Positions 62,148 through 64,000 of a stretch of 64,000 bases of DNA are shown piece after piece (position 1 is the stretch's first letter; every line of letters starts with the position of its first letter). Source of the DNA: an uncultured virus (IMG/VR IMGVR_UViG_3300002158_000015) (lineage: Duplodnaviria; Heunggongvirae; Uroviricota; Caudoviricetes); the IMG/VR virus record IMGVR_UViG_3300002158_000015; one strand, 5' to 3'. The notes beneath the pieces are model-generated. The model had not been told where the DNA came from. It saw nothing but the letters and a program-made list of their open reading frames with translations, and made no database searches. The position numbers were made by a program, and so were the translations under genes.

Positions 62148-64000
62148 ATGTCACTTCTTGCCGCAACCCAGATCCCCAAGCCAGCTGACGAACAAGCTTT
62201 CGAGCGCGCTTCAGTTGTGCTGTGGCGCAGCTTGCTCAACGATCGATCGGTGCAGCGGAACGGTCGACGGGGGCAACGACAGAATGGCGTCGATCTCTTC
62301 GGAATTCGTGACAATGACACGGATTGGCTGGTTGGCATTCAATGCAAACTCAAAAGTGAAGGACATTTCCTCACAGAGGCAGAAGTTCGCAGTGAGGTCC
62401 GGAAGGCTCTGACATTCAAGCCTCTTCTTAGAGAATTCTACATAACGACAACTGCATCGGATGATGTCGCGATGCAGGAACTCGCGCGTGTCATCACGAC
62501 GGAGCTAGCGAAATCAAATCACAAACTTCGCGTCTTCGTTTGGGGGTGGAATACGCTGGAAGAAAAAATCAACGAGGATGCCGACGCCCGCAACTCGTTC
62601 GATCCAACCTACGACCCGTTCAGTGGGAAACTTCTAGACGAAACGCGGGCGATGCTCGTTGCTCAGCATGAGACACGTGCGGACATGAGCGCTGGCTTCT
62701 CTCGTATAGAAGCAATGATCACCGAAGTAAGCGCGCTGAGGGTTGTGCCACCAGGTGACACAACAGTCGCAATGAGCTTGCTTGAGGAGCATCTCGATGC
62801 CGAGATCGACGAATATCGCGAACTGAACAACAACGGAAAAACGCTGACCGCATTACCGCTGCTGGAAAGGCTCCTGGATCGTGTCAAGACATCAGCTTCC
62901 GGTCGCATCCTCTTCCGCATAAAAGCGAACATCGGCCATTGCCTGGTGGCGCTCGGCAAGGACGATGACGCCGCCGCGATGTTGCTGGCATCCTACAGCC
63001 ACGCGCCTGACGAGCCCAAAGCTGTTGCAAACAAGGCTTTCGGGCACTTGCTGAGGGAGGAATACGAGGAGGTTCTGGCATTCGGAAGCTCAATGCTGGA
63101 AGCCAATCCAACGAATGAATGGCTCGCAGGCTACGTCGTACAGGCCGCCAGGTTCGATACATCGATCAGCGATCCGCTCGGCATCGTTCCTGAACAACTG
63201 CACGCAACTGCTTCAGTTCAGATCGGAAGGATTGATTTCGTCAGACGCAATGGCAAGCCGGGTGATTGGTGGCCGATCGCTCGAAAGGTGTTTGAAGCAC
63301 ATCCCCTGGAGCCTTATGCGATGCAATTTGCAGCGGAGGCTGACCTCGAGGAAATATTAGCAAGTGAAGGCTTTCAAAACCGGCGCCTGCTCTCACCGAC
63401 GGAACGAAGTAGGCTCGAAGCTGCAGCAACAATACTCATTTCACGATGGGATCATGCGAGGGTTGCTGACGGTGCAATACGGCCAGAGGATGCAGCTGTT
63501 TGCTGCAATATCTTGGTTACGCTTCATGCCCTCGGCAACCTGAATGCAGCGATCGACATCGCACATCAAGGGCTCTCGCTAGCGCCTAATGACGTCGAGA
63601 TCATTACCCGCGCAGCCGTAGTCGCCATCGACGCCGATGACGAGCTCTTCGCTCGATCGCTCCTTGCTAAGCTACCGAGAAGTTCGGACGCAGCTGTCCT
63701 AAAGTTCCGATTTCACGCCGCACGTGGAGATTGGGAAGAAGTAGTGCGTATCGCTGAGGATGACGCTTTGTTGATCCCAGCGTCGGAAGCCCCGGCTATC
63801 TTAACGACCGGAAAGCTAGCAAAGATTAAGATCAGTCATGGTGATCAGGAAACGCTCAGGCAACAGATATCCTCTATTGCCTCCGAGGCCTCTGGCGATG
63901 CTCGCGCCAGCATTATCGTCGCTGACTTTGCGCGAAGAGAAGGAATTCAGGGCATTGCTGATGATACCTACAAAGTAGCCCTCACCCATATCAGTGATGA
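62148..64000 (+). CDS. N-terminal PD-(D/E)XK (Mrr-like) nuclease plus TPR-like repeats; 3'-truncated; not in ORF track
   Basis: Hand-translated, no stop for 617 codons: MSLLAATQIPKPADEQAFE...GRRGQRQNGVDLFG...GIQCK...VWGWNTL then helical repeats. Confidence 0.88.
   Translation, partial: MSLLAATQIPKPADEQAFERASVVLWRSLLNDRSVQRNGRRGQRQNGVDLFGIRDNDTDWLVGIQCKLKSEGHFLTEAEVRSEVRKALTFKPLLREFYITTTASDDVAMQELARVITTELAKSNHKLRVFVWGWNTLEEKINEDADARNSFDPTYDPFSGKLLDETRAMLVAQHETRADMSAGFSRIEAMITEVSALRVVPPGDTTVAMSLLEEHLDAEIDEYRELNNNGKTLTALPLLERLLDRVKTSASGRILFRIKANIGHCLVALGKDDDAAAMLLASYSHAPDEPKAVANKAFGHLLREEYEEVLAFGSSMLEANPTNEWLAGYVVQAARFDTSISDPLGIVPEQLHATASVQIGRIDFVRRNGKPGDWWPIARKVFEAHPLEPYAMQFAAEADLEEILASEGFQNRRLLSPTERSRLEAAATILISRWDHARVADGAIRPEDAAVCCNILVTLHALGNLNAAIDIAHQGLSLAPNDVEIITRAAVVAIDADDELFARSLLAKLPRSSDAAVLKFRFHAARGDWEEVVRIAEDDALLIPASEAPAILTTGKLAKIKISHGDQETLRQQISSIASEASGDARASIIVADFARREGIQGIADDTYKVALTHISD

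Larger units (their letters stand above)
42693..64000. mobile_element. Mu-like prophage (head and GTA-type tail region) with cargo; continues beyond window
   Basis: Mu-type protease, gpT capsid, gp36 and gpG-like genes, tail genes and Dam in Mu order; visibly higher GC from about 46400 to 61990; left boundary inferred. Confidence 0.75.

Overview
The window appears to come from an alphaproteobacterial (Rhizobiales-like) chromosome and consists almost entirely of two adjacent mobile elements. (1) Positions 1-42655 are a temperate P22-like podovirus prophage, truncated at the left window edge. On the minus strand it carries the lysis cassette, tail fibres, ejection proteins, head and packaging genes, a structured late leader with a tRNA-like element, and replication genes. 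A cro/repressor switch with clear operators follows. On the plus strand lie the early-left operon (Erf/YqaJ/NinB, Lar-like, a tetrapeptide-repeat DUF6745 module), xis and int, and the duplicated 3' half of tRNA-Val(CAC) as the att site. (2) From about 42693 to the window end is a GC-rich Mu-like siphovirus region with a Mu-type head and an RcGTA-type tail tip. It has putative transposase-binding end repeats, a cargo block (thermonuclease, second tyrosine recombinase, DUF3578-HNH nuclease) and a Dam-like methylase. A long, truncated nuclease-TPR gene that the ORF track missed sits in a moron slot. All family names come from motif recognition by eye, not database searches. The most interesting candidates are a LexA-controlled antirepressor beside a non-cleavable repressor, the three-state repeat/DUF6745 plus His-motif gene pair, the tRNA-like RNA with an expanded anticodon loop, and the nuclease-TPR defence candidate.
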